The notes: generated from the sequence alone by a model not told the origin. A DNA stretch of 48,272 nucleotides from Parcubacteria group bacterium Gr01-1014_33 (GCA_007376125.1 VMFQ01000016.1:1-48272), one strand, 5' to 3'. Positions 35,153-45,030 are shown, counted from the first letter of the stretch. Made by a program: numbers and translations.

Positions 35153-38100
35153 TTAAGCGATTCCCACTCTTGCGCTCCCCTCTTCAAAAGAAATTTCGCG
35201 ATTTGTTTTTGTGGCGTCTTTCCCAAAATGAATACTCCGGGCGCGCACGTCTTTGAGAAGTTTCTTTTCCCAACGCCCAAGCAATATTTGCAATGCGTTG
35301 TCCGCTTCAATCGCAAGCATGATTATATCTTTGGGAGTAAGCCCAAGCTCCCGCCGCATTTCCTGGATATTTCGTATAAGCTCACGGATGATTCCCTCTT
35401 CTTTAAGTTCGGTGGTGATATTCATATCGAGCCGCATTTCTTTTCCAAACGTAATTTTTTTCACATTTATTTCTTCTTTTATTAGATTCAAGAGTTGGGA
35501 TTTTTTTCGTAATTCCGTATTTGTAATTCGTAATTCGGCGAGAGGTTGTCGCACCCGAATTCCCGCTTCCGCGCGAAGCCGGAGCGCATGAGAGGCGATT
35601 CTCCGAATACGCTCCATATCTTCTTCAAGTTCTTTTTTGATCGCGCCTTTGTTTACGCTTGGCCATGGTTCAAGATGCACGGACACTATTTTTTTGTCCG
35701 ATACTTCTTTGAAAATCATTTCCGCAAGAAACGGCGTTATGGGCGCGGTAAGACGGCTCAATCCCAAAAGCGCCTCTTGGAGCGCACGCAACGCCTGCCG
35801 TCCTTCGAGAGTGTGCGCCTTCATGCGTTCGCGCGATCTTCGCACATACCAAAGCGATAGATCCTGCACAAAATCAAAGAGCGCTTTTGTCGCGCGGTTG
35901 AGTGTATAATTTTCAAACGCATCCGTTACTTCGCGATTCGCGCTATTGAGCCGCGAGAGTATCCATTGATCCAGTGCACCACTGGAGAAGATAAAAGAGT
36001 GAAGCGGATTGAGTCTGCGCCGAATTTTGCGACAACCTCCATTGGATCTGGATAGTTTTTCAAGCGTTTGGACATTTTTGCCCCGTCTTGGGCAAGGATC
36101 GTGCCGTGCGCATTCACATGCCGATATGCGGTTTTCCCGAAAAGCGCCACTGCAAGCACTAAAAGTGAGTAAAACCACCCGCGCGTCTGATCAAGTCCTT
36201 CGTCAATAAAATCTGCCGGGAATCCGATCCCCTTTTTCGGATCAAATATCTTTTTGTTCTCAAACGGATAATGCCATTGGCCGTATGGCATTGAGCCGGA
36301 TTCAAACCAGCAGTCAAACACTTCCGGTATCCGTTCATACACTCCGCCGCACACGCACGGGAATTGTATCGCATCAATAAACGGGCGATGTACGTCAACA
36401 ATGCCAAATCGGTTTCTAGGGATCTGCCGCACCTTCAATGGATATATTTCTCCATATCTCAAGAAATCCCGATACCTTTTCCCTTTACGAAGGTTCTTTG
36501 TTCCTTCATTGTCCAATCCTTGCCCTGCGGCGGCAAGCATCCATAAAGGAGCATCGTGACCCACAAAAAATATTGTTTTCCCTTTATACTGCCGTTCATA
36601 CTCTTCCAAGAGACCAAAGACGCGCGTTGCCACATCGCGTAAATGCTCACCCCCTTGCGGGCGTTTTGTAAACCACTCCCCGAATGAAGAAAAAAAATGT
36701 TCATACTCTTTTCCAGTTTTTCTCTCAAAAATACCGAAATGAATCTCACGCAATCGCTCATCCTCCTGTATCTCATTTACTGATAAGATTTTGGCGGCAA
36801 TCTTTGCGCTTTCCTTCGCCCGATTCACCGGAGAGCAAACGACCAAATCCGGCTTTATGCCAAATCGCAAGAACTTCTTTGCCGCCTGTTCCACATCACG
36901 ACGACCTTCCTCGGTCAGACCATATCCATCATTTCCACTTATTACTACTCCTTTTATATTCGTCTCGGCTCTGCCATGGCGCATAATAAAATATCTGTTT
37001 TGTGGTCTTCCAATTTTTTGCTCCAGTTCCTGAAGTGATCCTATTATTTCCTGTTTCCCGCATTTTTTGCACCGCCACACCGGCAAAGGCGCGCCCCAAA
37101 AACGCGAACGCGAAATCGCCCAATCGCGCGCGCCTTCAAGCCATTTTCCAAATCTCCCTTCTTTTATATGCTCCGGTACCCATGTGATTTTTTTGTTGAT
37201 CTTCACGAGATCATCGCGGATCGCCGCAACATTCACAAACCAAGAGACCGCCGCGTAGTTTAAAAGCGGCGTATCGCATCTCCAGCAATGCGGATAGGAG
37301 TGTGTAATTTCTTCTTTTGAAAAAAGCGTTCCGGATTTTTCAAGATACTCTATGATTTTTTTATCGGTCGCCTGCGGATCGCCTTTTGGTTTTACCGGAA
37401 GTCCTGCAAAGTCCTTTACTTCCGGCTTACATTTTCCGTCCATTGAAATATGCTGGACAAACGGAAGTTTTTTTTCTTTTCCCAAATTCATGTCTTCCTC
37501 GCCAAACGCAGGCGCAACATGCACAATTCCGGTTCCTTCGTCTGTGGTAACAAAATCTGCCGGATAGATCTTCCATCCGCTTTCGCGGTTTTCAAGTTTT
37601 GGATCGTTCGCGTAATAGTCAAAGAGGGGTTTATATTTTTTACCAATAAGTTTTTTTGTATCAATTTTTTCGATCTTCGCTCCCTCGGGGACTACTTTTG
37701 AATTTTTTGCCGCAATATAGGAATTCCCGTCTTCTTCAAATTTCACATACTCAATCCCCGGATGTACCGCAAGCGCAACATTTCCGGGAAGAGTCCAAGG
37801 AGTAGTAGTCCACGCAAGTAAAAATGTATTCGGCTCATCTTCAAGCTCAAATTTTACCATAACCGAAATATCTTTAATATCTTTATACCCTTGCGTTACT
37901 TCAAAATTTGCAAGCGTGGTCTCACAGCGCGGACACACATGCATTGACTTGTGTCCTTCATATATAAGGGTCTTGTCGTAAAGGGTCTTAAAAATCCACC
38001 AGATCGTTTCGGAATACTTCCAGTCCATTGTTTTGTAATCCCGCTCCATATCCACCCATCTGCCGATCCGCGGGATCACTTTTTTCCATTCGTCCGCGTA

Positions 38101-38487
38101 GCGCAACACGCCCTCTTCTGCGCGACGGTTAAATTTCCCTATTCCGTATGTTTCAATATCCTTTTTTGTTTTGAGTTTGAGTTCCTGCTCAATAATATTT
38201 TCCAAAGGAAGCCCGTGGCAATCCCATCCCCAACGCCGCTCCACATATTTCCCCTTCATTGTCTGATATCGCGGAATCGCGTCTTTTATAATAGAAGCCA
38301 AAATATGCCCGTAGTGAGGAAGTCCGGTGGCAAACGGCGGCCCGTCGTAAAACACAAAACGCGGAGCGTTTTTTCGTTTTTCCAAACTCTTCTCAAAAAT
38401 TTTGTTCTCCTCCCAAAACTTCAGTATCTCTTCCTCCCGCTCGCTAAAACTCTTTTGTTTTTTCTCTTCGTGTTTTTCTCCTTGCAT
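35153..38487 (-). CDS. ileS: Isoleucine--tRNA ligase (type 2) with inserted histidine-phosphatase domain; deletion and frameshift near 35975
   Basis: FYDGPPFATGLPHYGH, WTTTPWTLP, DWAISRSRFWG, EGLDQTRGWF, KMSKR; anticodon-binding part (LDQWILSRL...) in another frame. Confidence 0.93.
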
Positions 38488-38590
38488 AGGTACTATTCTA
38501 CCGATTTTCCGCCAAATAGCAAGAAAAAATGCCAAGCGAAGCTTGGCGATTGGTTGACAGGACTCGATGCAACTGGATAATCTTTAACCC

Positions 38591-39088
38591 TTACTTAGCA
38601 TCTGGAACGGAATCCTTGCCTAATTTTCTGTCAAGAAGTTCTTGCCCGCGCTTTTCCAACAATTCTCTGAACTCGCGCAGTGCATCATTCAGCTTTTCTA
38701 TACTCTCAATAGCTTCCTTCGCAACCTGTTCTGTTGCTCTCGATAAATCGCCAGAATTGGGAGCAGTATTTTGTCGTTCCGTTTTTCCGCCACTTTCTCC
38801 TTCAGCTCCATGCACCCATCTCGGGAAGGCAGCAAGAAGAGATAGCTCAAGAAGTCCTATTACAATGACACGGCTTACATTTCCGCTAAACCTGCCCAAT
38901 ACTCCATTCCCGATTGACTCACCTTCATAAGAGATAGATTTTACTTGATTTGAAGATAATACGCCGTTGTGTTTTTGGGTAATCTCTTCAATAGCCATTC
39001 TCATAGCATCAGGCGGTATTTCTGGCATAAGGAGATTTCCGGTTTTGTTTTGTTGCTCAAAAGAATCAGGATAGAATGATTCTGTCAT
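38591..39088 (-). CDS. Hypothetical protein with one hydrophobic segment
   Basis: Long ORF co-oriented with neighbours; start uncertain. Confidence 0.5.
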   Translation of the reverse strand: MTESFYPDSFEQQNKTGNLLMPEIPPDAMRMAIEEITQKHNGVLSSNQVKSISYEGESIGNGVLGRFSGNVSRVIVIGLLELSLLAAFPRWVHGAEGESGGKTERQNTAPNSGDLSRATEQVAKEAIESIEKLNDALREFRELLEKRGQELLDRKLGKDSVPDAK

Positions 39089-39106
39089 AATTATAAGCAA
39101 AAACTC

Positions 39107-39376
39107 TTAATTCTTTAATGAAAAAAGGGACTGGAGGTGATGTATTTCCTCTTCTACAATTTTATCCCACTCTTGGTGGTCTTCATTGGCTAATGCCTTC
39201 TCTTTACGTTCTTGAATGATGCGAAATCTTCCGATCTGATCCGGCAGTAGCTCAAATAATTTCAAAATGCTCTCACATGCTACGGGCGAGAGATCACCCA
39301 ATCGAGAAAGCCAAAACGCTCGATCCTCTTCTGAGACTTCCTTCCTGTTTAAAAGCTTTTGAAGGTTATCGTTCAT
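39107..39376 (-). CDS. Hypothetical helical protein
   Basis: 89-aa ORF. Confidence 0.6.
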   Translation of the reverse strand: MNDNLQKLLNRKEVSEEDRAFWLSRLGDLSPVACESILKLFELLPDQIGRFRIIQERKEKALANEDHQEWDKIVEEEIHHLQSLFSLKN

Positions 39377-39449
39377 ACCTATTTTTTAAGAATCTTTGCC
39401 TGCCTGCTCACATAAAGTATCATCAGTATAATTTCCTTTTCCGTGATAG

Positions 39450-39644
39450 TCAAATAAAGTTATACACATGAGATGGGGATCTCTCCTCAACAATCTCAAG
39501 CGCACGGAGATTTACGTTATGCGTTACCACCTCGCGCGCCTGCGAAAAATTCATCCATCGCACCTCGTGAAATTCTTCAAAATCAACCTTAAATTCTTTC
39601 CCATCCAGAGAGCGAAGAAACCATGTATCGTAGTGTTCTTTACA
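39450..39644 (-). pseudogene. C-terminal remnant of a NUDIX-like hydrolase
   Basis: Startless frame CKEHYDTWF...FKVDFEEFHEVRWMNFSQARE...NLRAL; no Nudix box present. Confidence 0.4.
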
Positions 39645-39670
39645 GTATCGTGAGAACTTTGTTCGTATCC

Positions 39671-39778
39671 CTAACGAGAACGCGGATGGGAACGGATTCC
39701 CACCACACCAAAAGCCACAATGAGAACGAGTATCCCCAACAGGAAAAGATTAAGTGGCGTAAAAAGAAGTTGAAACAT
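39671..39778 (-). CDS. Possible small single-TM peptide (35 aa)
   Basis: MFQLLFTPLNLFLLGILVLIVAFGVVGIRSHPRSR directly after argS. Confidence 0.3.
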   Translation of the reverse strand: MFQLLFTPLNLFLLGILVLIVAFGVVGIRSHPRSR

Positions 39779-39787
39779 ATCCCAATA

Positions 39788-41500
39788 TCACATCTCCTCC
39801 GGAGCGTCAATGCCTAAAAGTGAAAGCCCTTTTGCGAGCGTGAGCGCGACAAGAGAAATAAGCGAGAGACGAAATTGTTTTTTTGCGGGATCGCTTTCCT
39901 GCAGAACCGGATGCGAATGATAAAATTCGTTCGCAAGTTTTGCAAGATTATAAAGGTAGTTCGCCAGGATATTAGGCATAAAATCTTCAAGCGCGTCTTC
40001 TATGGTTTCGCCCAACCGGAGCCCTGCGGCAACAAGCCGGTGTTCAAGAGAATCAAGTCCTATCGTGTTAGACACCGAGTGTTCAACATCTTGATCGGTT
40101 GTTTTACGCAAAATGCTTTTAAGCCGCGCATAAGTATATTGGATATACGGACCGGTATTCCCCTCAAACGAAAGCGCCTCGTCCCACTTGAATATAATAT
40201 CCGAGCGGCGGTTATGAGAAAGATCAAAATATTTTAATGCGCCAATCCCCACTTTGTGAGCCACTACATTTGCATTTTCCAAATCTGGATTTTTTTCTTT
40301 AATCACTTCCCGCGCGCGGTGAATCGCCTCATCGCAAACTGCCTCAAGCGAAATTATATTTCCCGCGCGCGTACTTATCGCGCCGGTCGGAAGCGACATA
40401 AAACCATATTCAACATGCTCGCTCTCATTCACTCCCTCAAATCTCAAGAGTTCAGCAACCCGAAATACCTGCTTGAAATGATGCGATTGGCGGACATCCA
40501 CAAGATATAAATTTTTCCAAAAGTTCCAGTGTTCTTTTCTATACTTAATAGTAGCGAGATCGCGCAAGAGATATGTGGACGCACCATCAGATTTAACAAG
40601 AATAGCTTGATCCAACCCTTCATTTTCTAAATCAACTATAACCGCTCCCTCTTCTGTTTTCTTTGCCACGCCTTTTTCTAGAGTAAGCGTAACAATCGCG
40701 GGCATATCGTTTTCATACGAGCTCTCGCCTTTGTGTTCGTCAAATGAAAGAAGCCCGAGACGCGAGGCACTCTCTTCAAGTTTTTCCATTGAAATCTCCA
40801 CCATCCATTGCCATATTTTCCGATTCTCGGTATCACCTTTTTCGAGCTTCGCAAATTCGGCTTTTCCAAACTCATTCGCATTTTCATCTTTGTTTGCCGT
40901 CTGATACAATACTTCAAGCTGGCTAAACGGATCTTCCTCTATTTTCTTTTTGGTGTCCTTATCCGCCTGTTTATACGCCCAAAGTAAAATCCCGAATTGC
41001 GTTCCCCAGTCGCCCACATGGGTATCCGAAACCGCATGATATCCTTGCGAGTCTAACGTCCGTTTGATTGCGTCTCCAATGACCGCGGATCGCAAGTGCC
41101 CGACGTGCGGCCGCTTGGCAATATTCAGCTGCAAATATTCAACCATTACTGTTTTGCCTTGCCCGTCTTTACTTTTGCCCCATTCATCAGGATTTTGTAA
41201 AACGCCTTCTATCCGCGCAAGCAATTCTTTATCTGATAGTATAAAATTTATAAACCCGGGGGGCACGACTTCAATTTTCCTAAGTTCCGGATTCTTTGCC
41301 TCAAGTTCCACAGAAAGAAGAGCCACAATTTCCATCGGGCTTTGTTTGAGAGTATGCGCCAAAATCAGCGCGGCGTTTGTCGCGTAATCCCCATGCTCCG
41401 GATTTTCCGGAATTTCAACCGAAAACTCGGGTATTGCAATATCCCCGAATTTATTTCGTATCGCTTCCGAAATTGCATTTTTGAGATTGGCGCGTAGCAT
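39788..41500 (-). CDS. argS: Arginine--tRNA ligase
   Basis: HGDYATN, PGFINF, PHVGHLRS, GDWGTQFG, KSDG...Y..RDLA, GNTGPYIQY, PEEM. Confidence 0.98.
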   Translation of the reverse strand: MLRANLKNAISEAIRNKFGDIAIPEFSVEIPENPEHGDYATNAALILAHTLKQSPMEIVALLSVELEAKNPELRKIEVVPPGFINFILSDKELLARIEGVLQNPDEWGKSKDGQGKTVMVEYLQLNIAKRPHVGHLRSAVIGDAIKRTLDSQGYHAVSDTHVGDWGTQFGILLWAYKQADKDTKKKIEEDPFSQLEVLYQTANKDENANEFGKAEFAKLEKGDTENRKIWQWMVEISMEKLEESASRLGLLSFDEHKGESSYENDMPAIVTLTLEKGVAKKTEEGAVIVDLENEGLDQAILVKSDGASTYLLRDLATIKYRKEHWNFWKNLYLVDVRQSHHFKQVFRVAELLRFEGVNESEHVEYGFMSLPTGAISTRAGNIISLEAVCDEAIHRAREVIKEKNPDLENANVVAHKVGIGALKYFDLSHNRRSDIIFKWDEALSFEGNTGPYIQYTYARLKSILRKTTDQDVEHSVSNTIGLDSLEHRLVAAGLRLGETIEDALEDFMPNILANYLYNLAKLANEFYHSHPVLQESDPAKKQFRLSLISLVALTLAKGLSLLGIDAPEEM

Positions 41501-41577
41501 AAAAATACTCTACAAAATTTTACAAAAAATAAAAGGACTAAAGGTCCTGCGTATGAAAGCTGTGAAGCGGCAGAGTG

Positions 41578-41922
41578 CTATTCGGATAGTTTTGCGAGAA
41601 TGTTCTCTACATGCATCTTGAATATCGGGAGATCCTTCTCAATCGTGTTCCATACCATCTCCACATCAACGCCGAAATATTCGTGGATAAGAATATCTCG
41701 CATTCCCGCGATATTGTTCCATGGGATTTGCGCATATTGTTGCCGCACCTCAACGGGCAAGTTTTTTGTTGCCTCGCTAATAATCGCAAGCCGCCTCATC
41801 ACCGCATCCTGCGTTTGCATGGAGGCAACGAATTCTTCTTTGGAGATACCTTTCGCATAGCGCTCTATCCATTCAATACTCTCCAAAATATGCCGAAGAA
41901 GTATTCTTGAATTCTTATCCAT
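41578..41922 (-). CDS. HepT-like HEPN RNase toxin (DUF86)
   Basis: IPW..IAGMRDILIHEYFGVD (Rx4HxY). Confidence 0.92.
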   Translation of the reverse strand: MDKNSRILLRHILESIEWIERYAKGISKEEFVASMQTQDAVMRRLAIISEATKNLPVEVRQQYAQIPWNNIAGMRDILIHEYFGVDVEMVWNTIEKDLPIFKMHVENILAKLSE

Positions 41923-42202
41923 ACAAAGAAATCTGCCCCCGCAAGATGGAATCTTGCAGGAGCGGCGAGAGAGATTGATAAGTGATCACATCAACCTTCA
42001 TCCCAAGCGCCTGTTCTAATTGGGTCTTAAGCGACGCCAAGTCAAGGAGCGTTTTTTGCCCCTCAAACTCTACCAAGAGATCAATGTCACTTGCACTGGT
42101 CGCCTCACCTCTTGCAAAGGAACCGAAAACAGCCGCGCGCCTCACGCCTGCGTGTCGCAAGATTATATTCGCTCGTTGCTTTATGTCTTCAACACTATTC
42201 AT
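41915..42202 (-). CDS. Minimal nucleotidyltransferase antitoxin (MntA-like)
   Basis: VFGSFARGE....SDIDLLV, KVDV; start set to ATG 42202. Confidence 0.92.
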   Translation of the reverse strand: MNSVEDIKQRANIILRHAGVRRAAVFGSFARGEATSASDIDLLVEFEGQKTLLDLASLKTQLEQALGMKVDVITYQSLSPLLQDSILRGQISLYG

Positions 42203-42277
42203 GTTTTTATGATACCATACTTCTCCACTCATGAGAAGCTCAATAAAAGGTAGCCCTCACAGCCCAACTTTTTCGAC

Positions 42278-42391
42278 TTATATGCGCGACGAATTTTCCG
42301 GAACAGAAACCGAAAACATGGGCATTGCAACATCCCCGAATTTTTCGGAAATCGCGTCCTGAATCACATGTGTCAGTTGCGCACGTACCAT
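42278..42391 (-). pseudogene. argS: Stranded argS 5' fragment
   Basis: MVRAQLTHVIQDAISEKFGDVAMPMFSVSVPEN versus ArgS MLRANLKNAISEAIRNKFGDIAIPEFSVEIPEN (19/33 identical). Confidence 0.88.
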
Positions 42392-42576
42392 AATAGGTAG
42401 ATTAGCAGAGTTTGGACAAAACAAAAAGACCCCGTATCTTTTGGATATATTTCCGCCAATCAGCATACGACCCGATGTATTATAATTTATTCTACTATTT
42501 GTTTACGATCGTGAGTAATATGATTGAATAAAAAAGGCCCGAAGACCTTTTTTCAAAAATTGGTATTTCACAAACC

Positions 42577-42819
42577 TTACTTCTGCCGTTGCTTAAGAAA
42601 TGGTATCAATACCTCACGAACCCCTTCTGGTCTTTCGAGGCAAATTTTATTCCCCTTCCCTATTTCGTCAGCTGCCCACTGAAGAAGCCGCAAGGCATAC
42701 CGGATAGTTTGTGATCGAGAAGGTGCTTTAATCTTTCTCTGAAGCAAATCGAGATCAGTAATATCTTCATCTGTAAGATTCAACTGGAGTTTCTTACCCT
42801 GGTTTTTAGTTTCTGCCAT
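42577..42819 (-). CDS. Ribbon-helix-helix (CopG-like) DNA-binding protein
   Basis: KLQLNL...LD.L......SRSQTIRYAL; SD AAGGAGGT. Confidence 0.7.
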   Translation of the reverse strand: MAETKNQGKKLQLNLTDEDITDLDLLQRKIKAPSRSQTIRYALRLLQWAADEIGKGNKICLERPEGVREVLIPFLKQRQK

Positions 42820-42886
42820 TTATGTACCTCCTTTACATACATATAAATGAACATTGCGAAAAAGTGTGCTATGGTAATGGTATATC

Positions 42887-43375
42887 ATGTCCGACCTCTC
42901 TGTCAATCGCCGCGCACATTTTGACTACGAAATCCTCGCAACCTACGAGGCGGGAATTGAGTTGCTCGGATTTGAAGTAAAAGCGGTGAAAACCGGGCGG
43001 ATGAATTTGGCTGGGGCATTTGTCGTAATCCGCGGAGAAGAGGCCCACCCCCACACTAAAACGCAAAAACGTTTTAGTGTGGGGGCATGGCTCTTAAATG
43101 CGGCGATTGCCCCGTATCAGCCGAAAAATACGCCTGCGGATTATGAGCCCACGCGCTCGCGGCGGCTACTTTTGCATAAATCCGAAATTAAAGAACTACT
43201 TGGCCAGACAAGCCAAAAAGGTTTGACAATCATACCCTTAAAAGTGTATACTAAAAGAAATCGCGTGAAGGTCTTGATCGGCATTGCCCGCAGTAAAAAG
43301 AAAGGCGACAAGCGGGAAGTTATCAAACGAAGAGAAGCATCGCGCGAGATTGATCGCACGTTGAAACGGGGGTGA
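42887..43375 (+). CDS. smpB: SsrA-binding protein
   Basis: NRRAHFDYEI...YEAGIEL.G.EVK, R.R.LLLHKSEI, KK.DKRE. Confidence 0.97.
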   Translation: MSDLSVNRRAHFDYEILATYEAGIELLGFEVKAVKTGRMNLAGAFVVIRGEEAHPHTKTQKRFSVGAWLLNAAIAPYQPKNTPADYEPTRSRRLLLHKSEIKELLGQTSQKGLTIIPLKVYTKRNRVKVLIGIARSKKKGDKREVIKRREASREIDRTLKRG

Positions 43376-43727
43376 CGGGATTCGACGGGTTTTGACCTTA
43401 TGGAAATCAGGTGGGAGAAGTACGGTATCTCCATAAATCTTCCGTACATCCAAATAAGTGCAAACTTATTTAACTCTTTTGGACGCCAACCCGCAATGGC
43501 GGTAGCGTAACAAAAGATCCCTATTCCGCCTCGCGCGGAGTAGCATCGGCTGGCTCACGCTCGTATGGCCAATCACCGGTGTTATATATCGAGCTTGACT
43601 CTTCCGACACTTGATGAGAAGAGCGACCCATATCAAGTAAATCCGTTCTCGCTTCGGCAAGGACTAAACCTGTATAAATTTCCATTGGGGAAAAATTCGG
43701 ATGGGAGTCCGACTCTCCCCACCTCCA
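43368..43727 (+). ncRNA. ssrA: tmRNA
   Basis: 5' GGGGGTG...GGATTCGAC; 3' GGGAG-TCCGACT-CTCCC CACCTCCA with G3.U acceptor pair; tag frame 43460-43510 ANLFNSFGRQPAMAVA*; adjacent to smpB. Confidence 0.93.
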
Positions 43728-43807
43728 CTTCATACAGAAAATAGAATAAAAAGTGAACTCCATTTTCTATTTTCTCACTTTCCAATCCAAAAACGCTACC
43801 GAATAAA

Positions 43808-43907
43808 CCCCGCGCCTTTCTTTGCGCAGTACATACCGCACATTACTTTTATAAATTGAACGGGAGATATTAGAGAAGCCGCTACTTGCACAAGGAAAGG
43901 TGCGGGG
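43808..43907. repeat. Long inverted repeat in the infC leader
   Basis: CCCCGCGCCTTTCTTTGCGCA 43808-43828 pairs with TGCACAAGGAAAGGTGCGGGG 43887-43907. Confidence 0.7.
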
Positions 43908-43919
43908 TAAATCATCACC

Positions 43920-44319
43920 ATACAGAGACGTTATCGCATAAACCACTTTATACGAATATCACCTGTCCGCGTGATTGACGAGGACGGGAAAAACCTCGGG
44001 GAAGTTTAAGTATGACCGCGAGAAAGGAGAACGCGAACATGGCAAAAAGCAAAAGGAAACAGGCATAAAAGGAATTCGGATCGGATTTACCACGGGCACA
44101 CATGATTTGGAATTACGCGCCAAGAAAGCAAAAGAATTTCTTGAAGAAGGCGACAAAGTGCGGATTGACATGCGACTTGCCGGAAGGCAAAAAGCCCATC
44201 GCCCGCTTGCGCTTAAAAAATTCAATGAATTTCTCAATATGATCATGGTTGAATTTACCCTTGAGATGCCACCCAAAAACTCTCCTCAAGGAATAGGCGC
44301 GGTGATCACAAAAAAGTAG
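43920..44319 (+). CDS. infC: Translation initiation factor IF-3, non-AUG start, deletion and frameshift near 44000
   Basis: IQRRYRINHFIRISPVRVIDEDGKNLG from ATA 43920; C-part GKFKY...HDL..RAKKAKEFLEEGDKV in another frame; upstream of rpmI-rplT. Confidence 0.88.
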
Positions 44320-44420
44320 TAATCGCGAATACACGAATCAAACGCAAATATACGAATGGGAATTCTTTTTCGTATATTCGTATATTAATCTTACATTCGT
44401 ATATTCGCGAATACTCTATG
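44318..44420 (+). repeat. ~100-bp quasi-palindromic element, copy 1
   Basis: Close match to the reverse complement of 48020-48120. Confidence 0.85.
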
Positions 44421-44591
44421 CGAAAAGCAGTTCTCAAACGAATCAAAATAACCAAAACCGGAAAACTGCTTCGCCGCCGCGCGGGGCAGAATCATTTTAA
44501 TTCAAAAGAGGCGCGGCACACCCAGCTTCGAAAAAAAGGGCTGAAAGGATTTAGTCCCACGATGGAGAAGAGAATGAGAGCATACATTTAG
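44418..44591 (+). CDS. rpmI: 50S ribosomal protein L35
   Basis: MRKAVLKRIKITKTGKLLRRRAGQNHFNSKE; 57 aa; between infC and rplT. Confidence 0.92.
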   Translation: MRKAVLKRIKITKTGKLLRRRAGQNHFNSKEARHTQLRKKGLKGFSPTMEKRMRAYI

Positions 44592-44669
44592 CTTCCCGAA
44601 TAGCATCACTAATTACCACGAATTATTCGCGAAGAATTCGGGGAAATTCGAGCATATATTTGTGAAATT

Positions 44670-45014
44670 ATGGTTCGAGTCAAACGGGGCGTTATTGCCC
44701 ATAAACGAAGAGAAAAAATCCTCAAATACACAAAAGGATTTAAATGGGGGCGGAAATCAAAAGAACGTTTTGCGAAAGACGCGCTTCTGCATGCGTGGTC
44801 ACATGCGTTTGTCGGGAGAAAACTAAAGAAGCGGAATGCGCGCCGGCTCTGGCAGACAAAAATTGGCGCAGGCGCGCGAACGCACGGCATATCGTATAGC
44901 GCGCTCATGGGAAAACTAAAGAAAAAAGATGTCGCGCTTGACCGAAAAATACTCGCGGCTATCGCCGAGTTGCATCCTGAGGTATTTAAGAAGATTCTCG
45001 AGAAAGTGAAATAG
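44670..45014 (+). CDS. rplT: 50S ribosomal protein L20
   Basis: MVRVKRG, GRKLKKRN.R.LW, SYS.LM..L, LDRKILA. Confidence 0.98.
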   Translation: MVRVKRGVIAHKRREKILKYTKGFKWGRKSKERFAKDALLHAWSHAFVGRKLKKRNARRLWQTKIGAGARTHGISYSALMGKLKKKDVALDRKILAAIAELHPEVFKKILEKVK

Positions 45015-45030
45015 AGTAAAATTCTATACA

